A stretch of DNA of 27,816 nucleotides from an uncultured Desulfobacterales bacterium. Its GTDB lineage: Bacteria; Desulfobacterota; Dissulfuribacteria; Dissulfuribacterales; QOAL01. Where the stretch lies: positions 1 through 27,816 of the forward strand of contig CAYMRT010000178.1 in the NCBI GenBank assembly GCA_964392885.1, written 5' to 3'. Below, piece after piece: positions 1 to 8,415 of the stretch; position 1 is the stretch's first letter, and every line of letters begins with the position of its first letter. The notes below the pieces were generated by a model that saw only the letters and a program-made list of their open reading frames with translations, had not been told where the DNA came from and ran no database searches. The position numbers were made by a program, and so were the translations under genes.

Positions 1-609
1 TTACCAGAAGGTGTATCGAAAAACCTTTGTCCTGTTGATATAAAAATCTTTAATTACCACATAAAAGAACACTACAAGGATATAAAAACACTTGCCCTAA
101 AGCTATATGCTAAAAACCCCAAATATGCTCCAAAGCCTGATGAAAGAAAAAAAAGAATAAATGCCATATTCTCTGAAAATAGCTTTATGTACCCGTATCC
201 AGGTCTTTCTAAACTTCTTTCTCATGAAATATTGGCAATGGCCTTTTCAGAAAGGCCACAAATTAGTGATCGGGTGTTTCTTTTGACTTTAGGACTTAAA
301 AAGGCAATTGATGAGGCCTATAGCTCAAAAGGTTTTTTTGTCACCGGATGCCAAATTGATGGAGCAAGACTCATAAGACTGTATAAAAATATTTTACAAG
401 TTAATTGGCGTCTTAAAACTTACAGAGATAGTTCAGGCAACCTATATTTTATTACCAATGAGGTAGGCAAACACGGATATATAAATATGAGTTTTGAAGT
501 TTTAATTACACAAATGTTGACTAGAATTAAAGATGATATTTATCTTAGAGAAGGATTAGAAGGAAATCTGGCGATACGAGTTAGTTCAGTATTTTTATCA
601 ATAATATAA
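1..609 (+). CDS. Conserved hypothetical protein, 5'-truncated by the window edge
   Basis: Frame 1 is open from base 1 (LPEGVSKNLCPVD...) into the listed 187..609 ORF, so the ATG at 187 is internal. The C-terminal NWRLKTYRDSSG...GYINMSFEVLITQMLTRIKDDIYLR resembles deltaproteobacterial hypothetical proteins from memory; function unknown. Confidence 0.75.
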   Translation, partial: LPEGVSKNLCPVDIKIFNYHIKEHYKDIKTLALKLYAKNPKYAPKPDERKKRINAIFSENSFMYPYPGLSKLLSHEILAMAFSERPQISDRVFLLTLGLKKAIDEAYSSKGFFVTGCQIDGARLIRLYKNILQVNWRLKTYRDSSGNLYFITNEVGKHGYINMSFEVLITQMLTRIKDDIYLREGLEGNLAIRVSSVFLSII

Positions 610-633
610 AATTTAAATAAGGAGACTTTTTAT

Positions 634-1416
634 ATGTCAAGTGACTTTGAGGCCTATCTGGATGATTCCCAAATGCTTACAGATGAAAGCACATTCTGTT
701 TTTCATGCACCCCAGAAAAGAAATGCTTTACCAGATGCTGCTACGATATAAATCTTGTGCTTATGCCTTACGATATAATGCAACTAAAAAACAGGCTTGG
801 TATGGATTCAAGCGACTTTTTAAAAAAATATACATCTGTACATGTAGGGTTTGGTTCAGGTCTTCCTGTTGTTACTCTAAAAATGGAAGGCCCGTATCTC
901 AAATGCCCATTCTTAGAAGAAGGAAAAGGCTGCACTGTATATGATGCACGACCGGGTGCATGCAGGACATATCCGCTTGCCAGAATGGCAAAACGTAGCA
1001 AGGAAAAAGAAGGTGTCGAAGAGTTTTACTACATTGTTAGGGAGCCAGACTGCAAAGGTTTTAGAGACTGTCGCGAATGGACAGTAAAAGAGTGGAAAAA
1101 AAACGAAGGGATGGAAGAGTACAACGAAATGAACGATATTTTTGGAGAGCTTCTTCAGGCCAAGACAGAGTCAAATATAGAACATCTAACTGCAGATCAA
1201 ATAGAAATTTTTTATATGGGATGTTATGATATAGATTCTTTCAGAAGAAGTTTTTTAGAAGGTCCTACACTTGAAAGATATATGGAAGACCCTGCTATAA
1301 TAGAGTTAATTTCACAAGATGAAAAAGAGCTGTTAAAATATGCAATGAGATGGGTTAAGAAAAAACTTTTTGAAGGAGGCTGCTTAGCCTGTGGAAGTGC
1401 CTGTAGCACCAAGTAA
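634..1416 (+). CDS. YkgJ family cysteine-cluster (putative Fe-S/zinc-binding) protein
   Basis: Motifs FSC...CFTRCC, CPFL, CTVYDARPGACRTYPL and CKG. AAGGAG RBS at about 619-624. Confidence 0.88.
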   Translation: MSSDFEAYLDDSQMLTDESTFCFSCTPEKKCFTRCCYDINLVLMPYDIMQLKNRLGMDSSDFLKKYTSVHVGFGSGLPVVTLKMEGPYLKCPFLEEGKGCTVYDARPGACRTYPLARMAKRSKEKEGVEEFYYIVREPDCKGFRDCREWTVKEWKKNEGMEEYNEMNDIFGELLQAKTESNIEHLTADQIEIFYMGCYDIDSFRRSFLEGPTLERYMEDPAIIELISQDEKELLKYAMRWVKKKLFEGGCLACGSACSTK

Positions 1417-1534
1417 GATAAATAAGCTTAAAATAATATTGTTTGCAGGATTATTCTTTAGATTTGGCCTCGACCTTATGGCAGAACTCATTTTATATAA
1501 AAAGCGTAAAAAATATCCAGAAAGGAGATAACCA

Positions 1535-1783
1535 ATGTCATTAAAGGCGTATATCTTGATTAATACCCAGATTGGCAAGACATCAGAGGTCCTTAAAAAA
1601 TTAAAAGAGATGTCAGAAATAAAACATCTTGATATTATAATGGGACCTTATGACATAATAGCCCAGGTTGAAACAGACTCTCATGATTCGCTATCTCACA
1701 TAGTAATGCAAAAGCTGCAAAATATTGACGCTATTAAACACACTATGACTTGTACAGTTGTTAATCTAGAAGACGTCAACTAA
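1535..1783 (+). CDS. Stand-alone Lrp/AsnC ligand-binding (RAM) domain protein
   Basis: 82 aa with AYILINT...GPYDIIAQVE...I..T.T pattern and no N-terminal HTH. AAGGAG RBS upstream. Confidence 0.85.
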   Translation: MSLKAYILINTQIGKTSEVLKKLKEMSEIKHLDIIMGPYDIIAQVETDSHDSLSHIVMQKLQNIDAIKHTMTCTVVNLEDVN

Positions 1784-1786
1784 ACA

Positions 1787-2704
1787 TTAATCCCTTGGAA
1801 CTTCCATCATGCGTTCTACTGCCTTATAGGCCCTTTTTCTTGTCTCTTCTGGCACCTTTACCACTGGTCCTTCTTCTCTTAGGGCCCTTAGGATGTCTAT
1901 AAGGCCTGTTTTTTTCATATCTTCGCAAATCATGTCTTCCCAGGCAGGATAAAACCTTTTATCTGGATTTTGTTTTTTTAAAGGATGTAAAAGTCCTACT
2001 TCTGTGGCAACTATAAACTCCTTTTCATTAGATTCCTTTGCGTATTTTAGCATGCCGCTAGTACTTCTTACAACGTGAGCAAGATCCAATACCTCCATTG
2101 GACACTCTGGATGTGCCATAAGAATAGCATTTGGATATTTCTCCATTGCCTGTTTTACTTGCTTGACCTTTAAGTCATCATGAATGGGGCAATAACCATC
2201 CCAGGCATAAATGATCTGATCGGTATGCTTTCTAACCCAGTTGGCAAGATTTCTATCGGGAGTCATTATAACCTCTTTGCTCTTTGTCCACTTAACAACC
2301 TGAATGGCGTTTGCAGATGTACAACATATATCGCTCTCTGCCTTTACCTCTGCAGTTGAATTTACATAAGTTACAACTGGCACCCCTTGATATTTCTTTT
2401 TCATATCTTTTAACTGGGTAGCATTTAACATATCTGCCATAGCACAGCCTGCATCCAAAACAGGGATTATAACCTTCTTGTCAGGGCAAACTATGCTTGC
2501 AGCCTCTGCCATAAAATGCACTCCGCAAAAGACTCTTATATCTGCATCTGTCTTTGAAGCCTGAATACTAAGGGCAAGAGAGTCTCCTGTAAGATCGGCA
2601 ATATCTTGGACATCAGGAACCTGATAATTATGAGCAAGAATTATTGCGTTTTTCTCTTTTGCAAGCCTTTTTATTTCATTTATGAGCCTTGTCTTATCTT
2701 CCAT
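1787..2704 (-). CDS. nadA: Quinolinate synthase NadA
   Basis: ILAHNYQ, GDSLAL, FCGVHFMAE, GCAMAD, YVNSTAEVKA, GYCPIH, AHPEC and ICEDMK. Start placed at ATG 2704 because GGGGAGG precedes it; the ORF track starts at 2719. Confidence 0.96.
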   Translation of the reverse strand: MEDKTRLINEIKRLAKEKNAIILAHNYQVPDVQDIADLTGDSLALSIQASKTDADIRVFCGVHFMAEAASIVCPDKKVIIPVLDAGCAMADMLNATQLKDMKKKYQGVPVVTYVNSTAEVKAESDICCTSANAIQVVKWTKSKEVIMTPDRNLANWVRKHTDQIIYAWDGYCPIHDDLKVKQVKQAMEKYPNAILMAHPECPMEVLDLAHVVRSTSGMLKYAKESNEKEFIVATEVGLLHPLKKQNPDKRFYPAWEDMICEDMKKTGLIDILRALREEGPVVKVPEETRKRAYKAVERMMEVPRD

Positions 2705-2718
2705 AGCCTCCCCTTTCA

Positions 2719-3375
2719 TTATTCAATTTTAAAGACTTCGACACCTTTTGGCGGTTTAAAATGAAAAAGCTCATTAGACAAGCCTTTATTAACTTTAATA
2801 TTTAAAAATTCTATAATTGTCTTACCACCCATCTGATCTTCCAAAATAGTCTTTTTGACAAGAAATGATTTAGGATCAACAAAAAGAAAAAGTACCCTTA
2901 ACTGCGGTATTTTTGTCTTTGGTCTTAATTTAAGCTCTAACAACTGATTGTTTTCCTTACACTCATCAACAAAAAAATCTCGCCTTATGTCTCCCTTTCC
3001 AAAGAAAAAAGCCCTGCTCAGCTTTGATGACAAAAACCTATCTCTTGAAAGCACACTGACTTGTTCAGCCTCTTTCTCATACAAATATACATTTTTATCA
3101 CTTGTAACAATAAGTTGTTCCTCTGGTTCCTTATAATCCCAACGCATTAGATGAGGTCTTTTAAAATAAACCCTTCCTGTAGCGTTTATTCCATTTGGAT
3201 CTCCTAATGTAAAAGTAGTCTGCTTAAAAGAGGCTGTTATGTCAAAGGTCTTATTGTATCTTTCCTGCAAAGAGTCAATAATCTCTTGGACTTGGCAAGG
3301 GAATACAACAGATGCCTTTATTATGAGGATCAATAAAAAAGAACAAACAATAACAGCAATCTTATTGGCCTTCAT
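2719..3375 (-). CDS. lolA: Outer-membrane lipoprotein carrier protein LolA family
   Basis: N-terminal signal/hydrophobic segment; ASFKQTT, GRVYFKRPHLMRWDYKEPEEQLIV and LFHFKPPKGVEV. Confidence 0.9.
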   Translation of the reverse strand: MKANKIAVIVCSFLLILIIKASVVFPCQVQEIIDSLQERYNKTFDITASFKQTTFTLGDPNGINATGRVYFKRPHLMRWDYKEPEEQLIVTSDKNVYLYEKEAEQVSVLSRDRFLSSKLSRAFFFGKGDIRRDFFVDECKENNQLLELKLRPKTKIPQLRVLFLFVDPKSFLVKKTILEDQMGGKTIIEFLNIKVNKGLSNELFHFKPPKGVEVFKIE

Positions 3376-3383
3376 AAGAATCC

Positions 3384-4175
3384 TTATCCTTTATTTATTA
3401 TGTTAAAATATTTGTCTGGTAAATTATCTGGAATTGTAGGAACACTAGAAAACATTGGCTCATGAAGCGGAAGTATTATATCTGCCATTTCCTTTAGCTC
3501 TTTTACAATATCATAGGCCTCGTAAGTATTTACATGAGTACCAGGAGGGATAACATCCATTTCCATTCCAGTTATGCTATTTGGAGGAAAAAAATTTTCA
3601 AGAATGGTACAAAAACCACTTATTGCAGCGATACCTTTGTCAGTTTCTATTAGCACAGACATGCCGCCGCGGGTATGAGCAGGATGATGCACCATCTTAA
3701 TGCCAGGAACAACCTCAAATTCTTCTTTATTAATATGTTCCATCCGCCCTTCTTCGTCTAACTCCTGAATAAAGTCTGCCATATACCTAAAATCAAGTGG
3801 ATGAGGATTGTAACATGAATCAAATTCTAATTCATGTGCAAAAAACCTGGCATTTATGCATTTAAAATCATTTTCACAGTGATCATTGTGAAGATGGGTG
3901 TGAAGAACAAGGTCAATATCAGCAGGTTTAAGACCCCATATTTCTAAACCTTGCTCAAAGGTATGTATCTTCCCTCCAATTGCATTTTCCCTATCTTCAG
4001 ACTGTATTACCCCCAACAGTCCAGTATCTATCAATATGGTTGAGTCTGCCCCTTCCACATACCACATAAAAATTGGGATGGTATATTGCACACCATAATC
4101 GTGCTGATAAGTCATCATTCCTTTGTCAAAGATCTTTGTTCCGACAACTATAGGATGTATCTTATAAGTAGCCAT
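3384..4175 (-). CDS. N-acyl homoserine lactonase-family metallo-beta-lactamase-fold hydrolase
   Basis: ILIDTG, THLHNDH (HxHxDH), PAHTRG and LPLHEP. AGAGGTG RBS. Confidence 0.85.
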   Translation of the reverse strand: MATYKIHPIVVGTKIFDKGMMTYQHDYGVQYTIPIFMWYVEGADSTILIDTGLLGVIQSEDRENAIGGKIHTFEQGLEIWGLKPADIDLVLHTHLHNDHCENDFKCINARFFAHELEFDSCYNPHPLDFRYMADFIQELDEEGRMEHINKEEFEVVPGIKMVHHPAHTRGGMSVLIETDKGIAAISGFCTILENFFPPNSITGMEMDVIPPGTHVNTYEAYDIVKELKEMADIILPLHEPMFSSVPTIPDNLPDKYFNIINKG

Positions 4176-4285
4176 AAGTTCACCTCTTCTAAGATATTAC
4201 ACCTTTAAAAACATAGAGATTTGGTTTAATTTTCACTGTCGTACAAATTGAGTTTAACACTATTGCTAACAGGAGTGTATATAAA

Positions 4286-5422
4286 ATGATTATCATAATG
4301 AAATCAGATGTTGATCCATCAGGTCCAGAAGTAAAACAGTTACTTGATTATCTTTCTCAATTCAAGGACATTCAAACAAGGTCATCTGGCATCCGAGGTG
4401 CCATGAGAGTTGTTAATGAAATATACCTTATTGGTCCTACCCATCACATTCCTACAGAAGTTATTGAGAGGATGCCCGGTGTTGAAAAAGTTGTTAGGGT
4501 CTCGAGCAAATACAGACAAATTGGCAGACATGGCGGACAGCTTGATGATATTGGTTTTGTGTATAATGGAGTTGAGTTTAGCCAACAAAGCTTTTCAGTA
4601 TTTATTGGGCCGTGCGCTGTTGATACCCCAGAAAATGTTGAAACAGTATTTAGAAATATGAAAAGAGTTGGCCTTGTTACATGCAGAATGGGCGTTTATA
4701 AGCCTAGAACTAGCCCTTATGACTTTCAAGGGCACGGTAAGGCCTGCCTGCCATGGCTATTTGAGCTTGCAGGCAAATATGACATTAAAGTCATTGCAAT
4801 GGAGGTGCTTAAGGAAGTCCACATTGAAGAAATATACAACGCCCTTGAAGAGGCAGGAAGGCCAACAGGGGTTATGCTACAAATTGGCACCAGAAATGCT
4901 CAAAATTTTGAACTACTAAAGGCTGCTGGCTCACAACAAGAGTTTCCTGTGCTATACAAAAGGGGAATGGGGCTCAGTCTTGAAGACTCACTTAACGCAT
5001 GTGAATATATTGCAAGCGAAGGAAATAGAAACATAGTATTTTGTCTAAGGGGAGTTCAAACAAGGCTTGGCAATCCACATAGAAACCTTGTTGATTTTGC
5101 ACACATTCCAGTTATCAAAAGACTTACAAGGCTTCCTGTTTGCATAGATCCAACTCACTCAGTTGGCGGAAAAGATAGGGCACCAGATGGAATTTTAGAT
5201 ATATTCCATGCAACAGCCCAAGGTGTTATTGCAGGAGCAAATATGATACTCGTTGAATTTCATCCACGCCCTGAAATGGCACTGTGCGATGGTCATCAAG
5301 CCCTGACGATGCAAGAACTCGACTACTATTTGGCTGATGTGGATGCAGTAAGAAGCTGCTACAAAAAACGTATAGAACTTGCTCAGCAGGCACTTTTTAA
5401 ATCGTGGCAGGACAATGGCTAG
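4286..5422 (+). CDS. aroF: 3-deoxy-7-phosphoheptulonate (DAHP) synthase, type I-beta, with N-terminal regulatory domain
   Basis: GPC, YKPRTSPYDFQG, QIGTRNAQNF, KRG, DPTH, VEFHPRP and CDG. The MIIIMK... N-terminal extension is typical of type I-beta enzymes. AGGAG RBS. Confidence 0.9.
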   Translation: MIIIMKSDVDPSGPEVKQLLDYLSQFKDIQTRSSGIRGAMRVVNEIYLIGPTHHIPTEVIERMPGVEKVVRVSSKYRQIGRHGGQLDDIGFVYNGVEFSQQSFSVFIGPCAVDTPENVETVFRNMKRVGLVTCRMGVYKPRTSPYDFQGHGKACLPWLFELAGKYDIKVIAMEVLKEVHIEEIYNALEEAGRPTGVMLQIGTRNAQNFELLKAAGSQQEFPVLYKRGMGLSLEDSLNACEYIASEGNRNIVFCLRGVQTRLGNPHRNLVDFAHIPVIKRLTRLPVCIDPTHSVGGKDRAPDGILDIFHATAQGVIAGANMILVEFHPRPEMALCDGHQALTMQELDYYLADVDAVRSCYKKRIELAQQALFKSWQDNG

Positions 5423-5434
5423 GAGGAAAATACA

Positions 5435-6157
5435 ATGAATATTCACTATATAATGCATGTACCTTTTGAAGATCCAGCGGCTATATGTGATTGGGCAAAG
5501 AAAATTGGTGCAAAAGAGAGTTATTCAAGGTTGTATGAAGATGTAAACTTTCCAGACATGGAAAATTTTGACCTCCTTGTAATAATGGGCGGGCCAATGG
5601 GTGTACACGATGAAGATCAATATCCATGGCTTAAAGATGAAAAAAGCTTTTTACAAAAGGCAATAAATGCTGGCAAACCTTGCCTTGGCATCTGCTTAGG
5701 CGCTCAACTTCTTGCAAGTTGTTTAGGTGCTGATGTATATAAAAATCTTTATAAAGAGATTGGATTTTTTCCTGTTTCTTTGACACCTCTTGGCTGGAAT
5801 TCGCCAATTTTTGGCAAGATGCCTGCCACCTTTACAGCACTTCACTGGCATGGCGATACTTTTAAAATACCAAATGGCGCACTTCATATTGCAAGTTCAT
5901 CAGGATGTGCAAATCAAGCCTTTGTATATGAAAATAGAATAGTTGGCTTTCAATTTCACATTGAAACTACAAGAAATAGCCTTGAAAACCTTATAAAAAA
6001 TAGCGGTAATGAACTTTTGGAAGAAGGAGAATACATTCAAAAACCAGATGAACTTTTAGATGAAAAACATGATTTTAATGGCATGAACGAAACATTGTTT
6101 ACTTTTCTAGATAGCTTTTCAGATTACTTAAAAAAGGAAAAAATCATAAAACAATGA
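5435..6157 (+). CDS. Type 1 glutamine amidotransferase (GuaA-like stand-alone GATase)
   Basis: MGGPMGV, GICLGAQ (nucleophile Cys), WHGDTF and QFHIE (His-x-Glu). AGGAGG RBS. Confidence 0.9.
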   Translation: MNIHYIMHVPFEDPAAICDWAKKIGAKESYSRLYEDVNFPDMENFDLLVIMGGPMGVHDEDQYPWLKDEKSFLQKAINAGKPCLGICLGAQLLASCLGADVYKNLYKEIGFFPVSLTPLGWNSPIFGKMPATFTALHWHGDTFKIPNGALHIASSSGCANQAFVYENRIVGFQFHIETTRNSLENLIKNSGNELLEEGEYIQKPDELLDEKHDFNGMNETLFTFLDSFSDYLKKEKIIKQ

Positions 6158-6645
6158 GTGCTAAAAGCCGTTTTAAAACGATTGAGGAGCAAGTAGAGGA
6201 ACTTTTACAAAAAGGGCTTAATAAGGACCAAATAAAAGAAAAATTAAAAGATCTCGACTCAGATGGAGAGTTAGAATTTTATTTAAAAAATATCCCTTAT
6301 CCTGCAGATAAAAATAGATATCTCTTTTTAAACATTTCCCTATTTATAACTCTCCTATATATCACTTTAAAAAAACTCTATTTTGCACTTTCTTTTGGCC
6401 AGCTCAGCATTGTGATGTTATTGGCATTGGTAGTGCCAACTGTAAATATTTATATCTTGCGAGAAATTATGCGATTTAGAAGAATTGGGTATCTTTTTTG
6501 CTTAGTACTTTCTGCATTATCTTTGATTAATGCAGAGAACAGGGCGTTTCCTGAAATTGTATTAATACCTATTATGATCTTTTTGTCAGGTTTTTTGTTT
6601 TTTAAACTATTTTATCAATATGAAAGGCACTTAAAGGAGGCTTAA
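6154..6645 (+). CDS. Hypothetical membrane protein (about 4 hydrophobic segments)
   Basis: ATGA overlap with the upstream gene; charged N-terminal ~55 aa followed by hydrophobic helices. Confidence 0.7.
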   Translation: MSAKSRFKTIEEQVEELLQKGLNKDQIKEKLKDLDSDGELEFYLKNIPYPADKNRYLFLNISLFITLLYITLKKLYFALSFGQLSIVMLLALVVPTVNIYILREIMRFRRIGYLFCLVLSALSLINAENRAFPEIVLIPIMIFLSGFLFFKLFYQYERHLKEA

Positions 6646-7047
6646 ATGAAAAGAAACAAGTTTTTATTATTTTTAGTCTTGGCATTTTTAACCATATTTT
6701 ATGGCTGTGCTAGCCAGACTGGCTGGCAACCTGTTGTTGATCCATACAATGACCCTAGAGCTGCCTATATTAATCAAGATCTGATGGAATGTAAAATGCT
6801 TGCCCAAAGAGTTTCTGGTTATACACCAGAAGAGGCAGCTAAGGGAGCTTTAATAGGAGGTGCAGTTGGAGCTGCTGCAGGGGCAGCTATCGGTGCCGCA
6901 GTTGGAGCACCTGGGAAAGGAGCCGCTATTGGAGCTGCTGCAGGTGGCATTGGTAGCGGTACATATAAAGGGCTAAGTGCCGAAGAGGCATACAAAAGGG
7001 CCTATATAAACTGTATGAGAAATAGAGGTCATAAAGTATTAAATTAA
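6646..7047 (+). CDS. Glycine-zipper lipoprotein (YMGG-like)
   Basis: Lipobox-like FYGC after a signal peptide; GALIGGAVGAAAGAAIGAAVG glycine zipper; C-terminal CMRNRGH. AAGGAGG RBS. Confidence 0.85.
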   Translation: MKRNKFLLFLVLAFLTIFYGCASQTGWQPVVDPYNDPRAAYINQDLMECKMLAQRVSGYTPEEAAKGALIGGAVGAAAGAAIGAAVGAPGKGAAIGAAAGGIGSGTYKGLSAEEAYKRAYINCMRNRGHKVLN

Positions 7048-7057
7048 GCCTAACCTA

Positions 7058-7091
7058 AAGAGGCCCTAACCTTATTAGGTCAGGGCCTCTT
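7058..7091. terminator. Intergenic inverted repeat, probable terminator
   Basis: AAGAGGCCCT-A-ACCT-TATT-AGGT-C-AGGGCCTCTT, 11 nt after the lipoprotein stop. The U-tract is weak. Confidence 0.55.
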
Positions 7092-7103
7092 AATATTAAT
7101 ACC

Positions 7104-7132
7104 TTGACAATAAAAAATGCCCCAATTAGTCT
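7104..7132 (+). promoter_or_regulatory. Sigma70-type promoter upstream of the RND operon
   Basis: TTGACA (7104-7109), 17-nt spacer, TAGTCT (7127-7132). Confidence 0.6.
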
Positions 7133-7317
7133 TTTTAATATTCCCGTCTTTACCAATCTATTATTGGAGAGGAGTACAATTTTATAATGTCTGAAAATAC
7201 CCTCTTAGATGTATATCTCTTTTTTATTTTCCCAAAAAATTTTGTGCCATAATTAAGATATAACTGTAAGATCTATAAAATTCATATGTTAATCTAAACT
7301 TAGTATTAGGGGGTAAG

Positions 7318-8406
7318 ATGAAATCTCATAGCAAGTCAAACAAGACAGTATTTGTCTCCATCATCCTGTTTATGATTTTATTTTTATCAGGATGTCAAAA
7401 AGAAGAGCCTGTTAAAAAGGAGGAGATCCAAAGGCCTGTTAAAGTAATGACGGTTAAAGATGCAAGCGAAGTGCTTACCCAAGGTTTCCCTGGAATTGTA
7501 AGGGCATCTAAAAGGACGATCTTGTCTTTTAAAGTCTCTGGGCCCCTTGTAAAGTTACCAGTTGAAGAAGGCCAACATGTCAAAAAAGGGGATCTAATCG
7601 CTCAAATTGATAAAAGGGACTTTTTAAATGCCCTTAAAGAGGCTAAGGCACGTTATCAAGCAGCACAACAGCAATTTATGCGCTACAAAGAGCTTTACGC
7701 CAAAAGACAGGTCTCAAAAGCGGATTTTGACAGATATTTAGCAGCAAAAGAAGTAGCCAAAGCAAAATTGGAAGATGCTAAAAATGCCCTTTGCGATACG
7801 ACTCTAGTTGCCCCTTTTGATGGAGTAATTTCAAAAAGATATGTTGAAAACTTTTATAAGGTGAAGGCAAAAGAGCCAATTGTTAATCTCCAAGACATTT
7901 CAAAAATCGAAGTAATAATAAATGTCCCAGAACTTATAATGGCATCAGTCCGTCAAACCAACTCAACAAAGGTATTTGCAAAATTTGACTCGATTCCTAA
8001 AAAAGAATTTCCGCTGAAGCTAAAGGAATATTCCACTGAAGCAGATCCAGCTACACAGACTTATGAGATGATTTTTACAATGGATCAACCAAAAGAAGCC
8101 GACATACTGCCTGGCATGACAGCAACGGTTATTGCTTATTTTAAAGACACTAAACAAAAATATATTGTTATTCCTGCCTTGGCTGTATTGGAAGCGCCTG
8201 GCAATAAATCTTATGTATGGGTATATGATCCGAGTGCTGGGGTTGTTCACAAAAGATTTGTAGAAATAGGCGAACTTAAAGAGTCATGTTGCATAAAGAT
8301 TACCCAAGGCTTAAACCCTGGCGAGATTGTTGTAGTAGCAGGAGTGACCAAACTTAAAGAAGGCATGAAAGTAAGGCCCTGGGAGCACCAAAAGGAACAA
8401 TTTTAG
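7318..8406 (+). CDS. RND efflux periplasmic adaptor (membrane fusion protein), lipoprotein
   Basis: LSGC lipobox; LSFKVSGPL...VEEGQHVKKGDLIAQID; LVAPFDGVI; ADPATQTY; PGMTA; GLNPGEIVVVAG. Confidence 0.93.
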   Translation: MKSHSKSNKTVFVSIILFMILFLSGCQKEEPVKKEEIQRPVKVMTVKDASEVLTQGFPGIVRASKRTILSFKVSGPLVKLPVEEGQHVKKGDLIAQIDKRDFLNALKEAKARYQAAQQQFMRYKELYAKRQVSKADFDRYLAAKEVAKAKLEDAKNALCDTTLVAPFDGVISKRYVENFYKVKAKEPIVNLQDISKIEVIINVPELIMASVRQTNSTKVFAKFDSIPKKEFPLKLKEYSTEADPATQTYEMIFTMDQPKEADILPGMTATVIAYFKDTKQKYIVIPALAVLEAPGNKSYVWVYDPSAGVVHKRFVEIGELKESCCIKITQGLNPGEIVVVAGVTKLKEGMKVRPWEHQKEQF

Positions 8407-8415
8407 GGTTTAGTT

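Noticed and set aside
6838-6960. Repetitive GGAGCTGCTGCAGG-like sequence
   Set aside because: It encodes the Gly/Ala zipper of the lipoprotein; it is not a DNA repeat element or CRISPR array.
7183-7188. Perfect TATAAT in the RND leader
   Set aside because: No -35 at 16-18 nt and no extended -10 TG; common by chance in AT-rich DNA.
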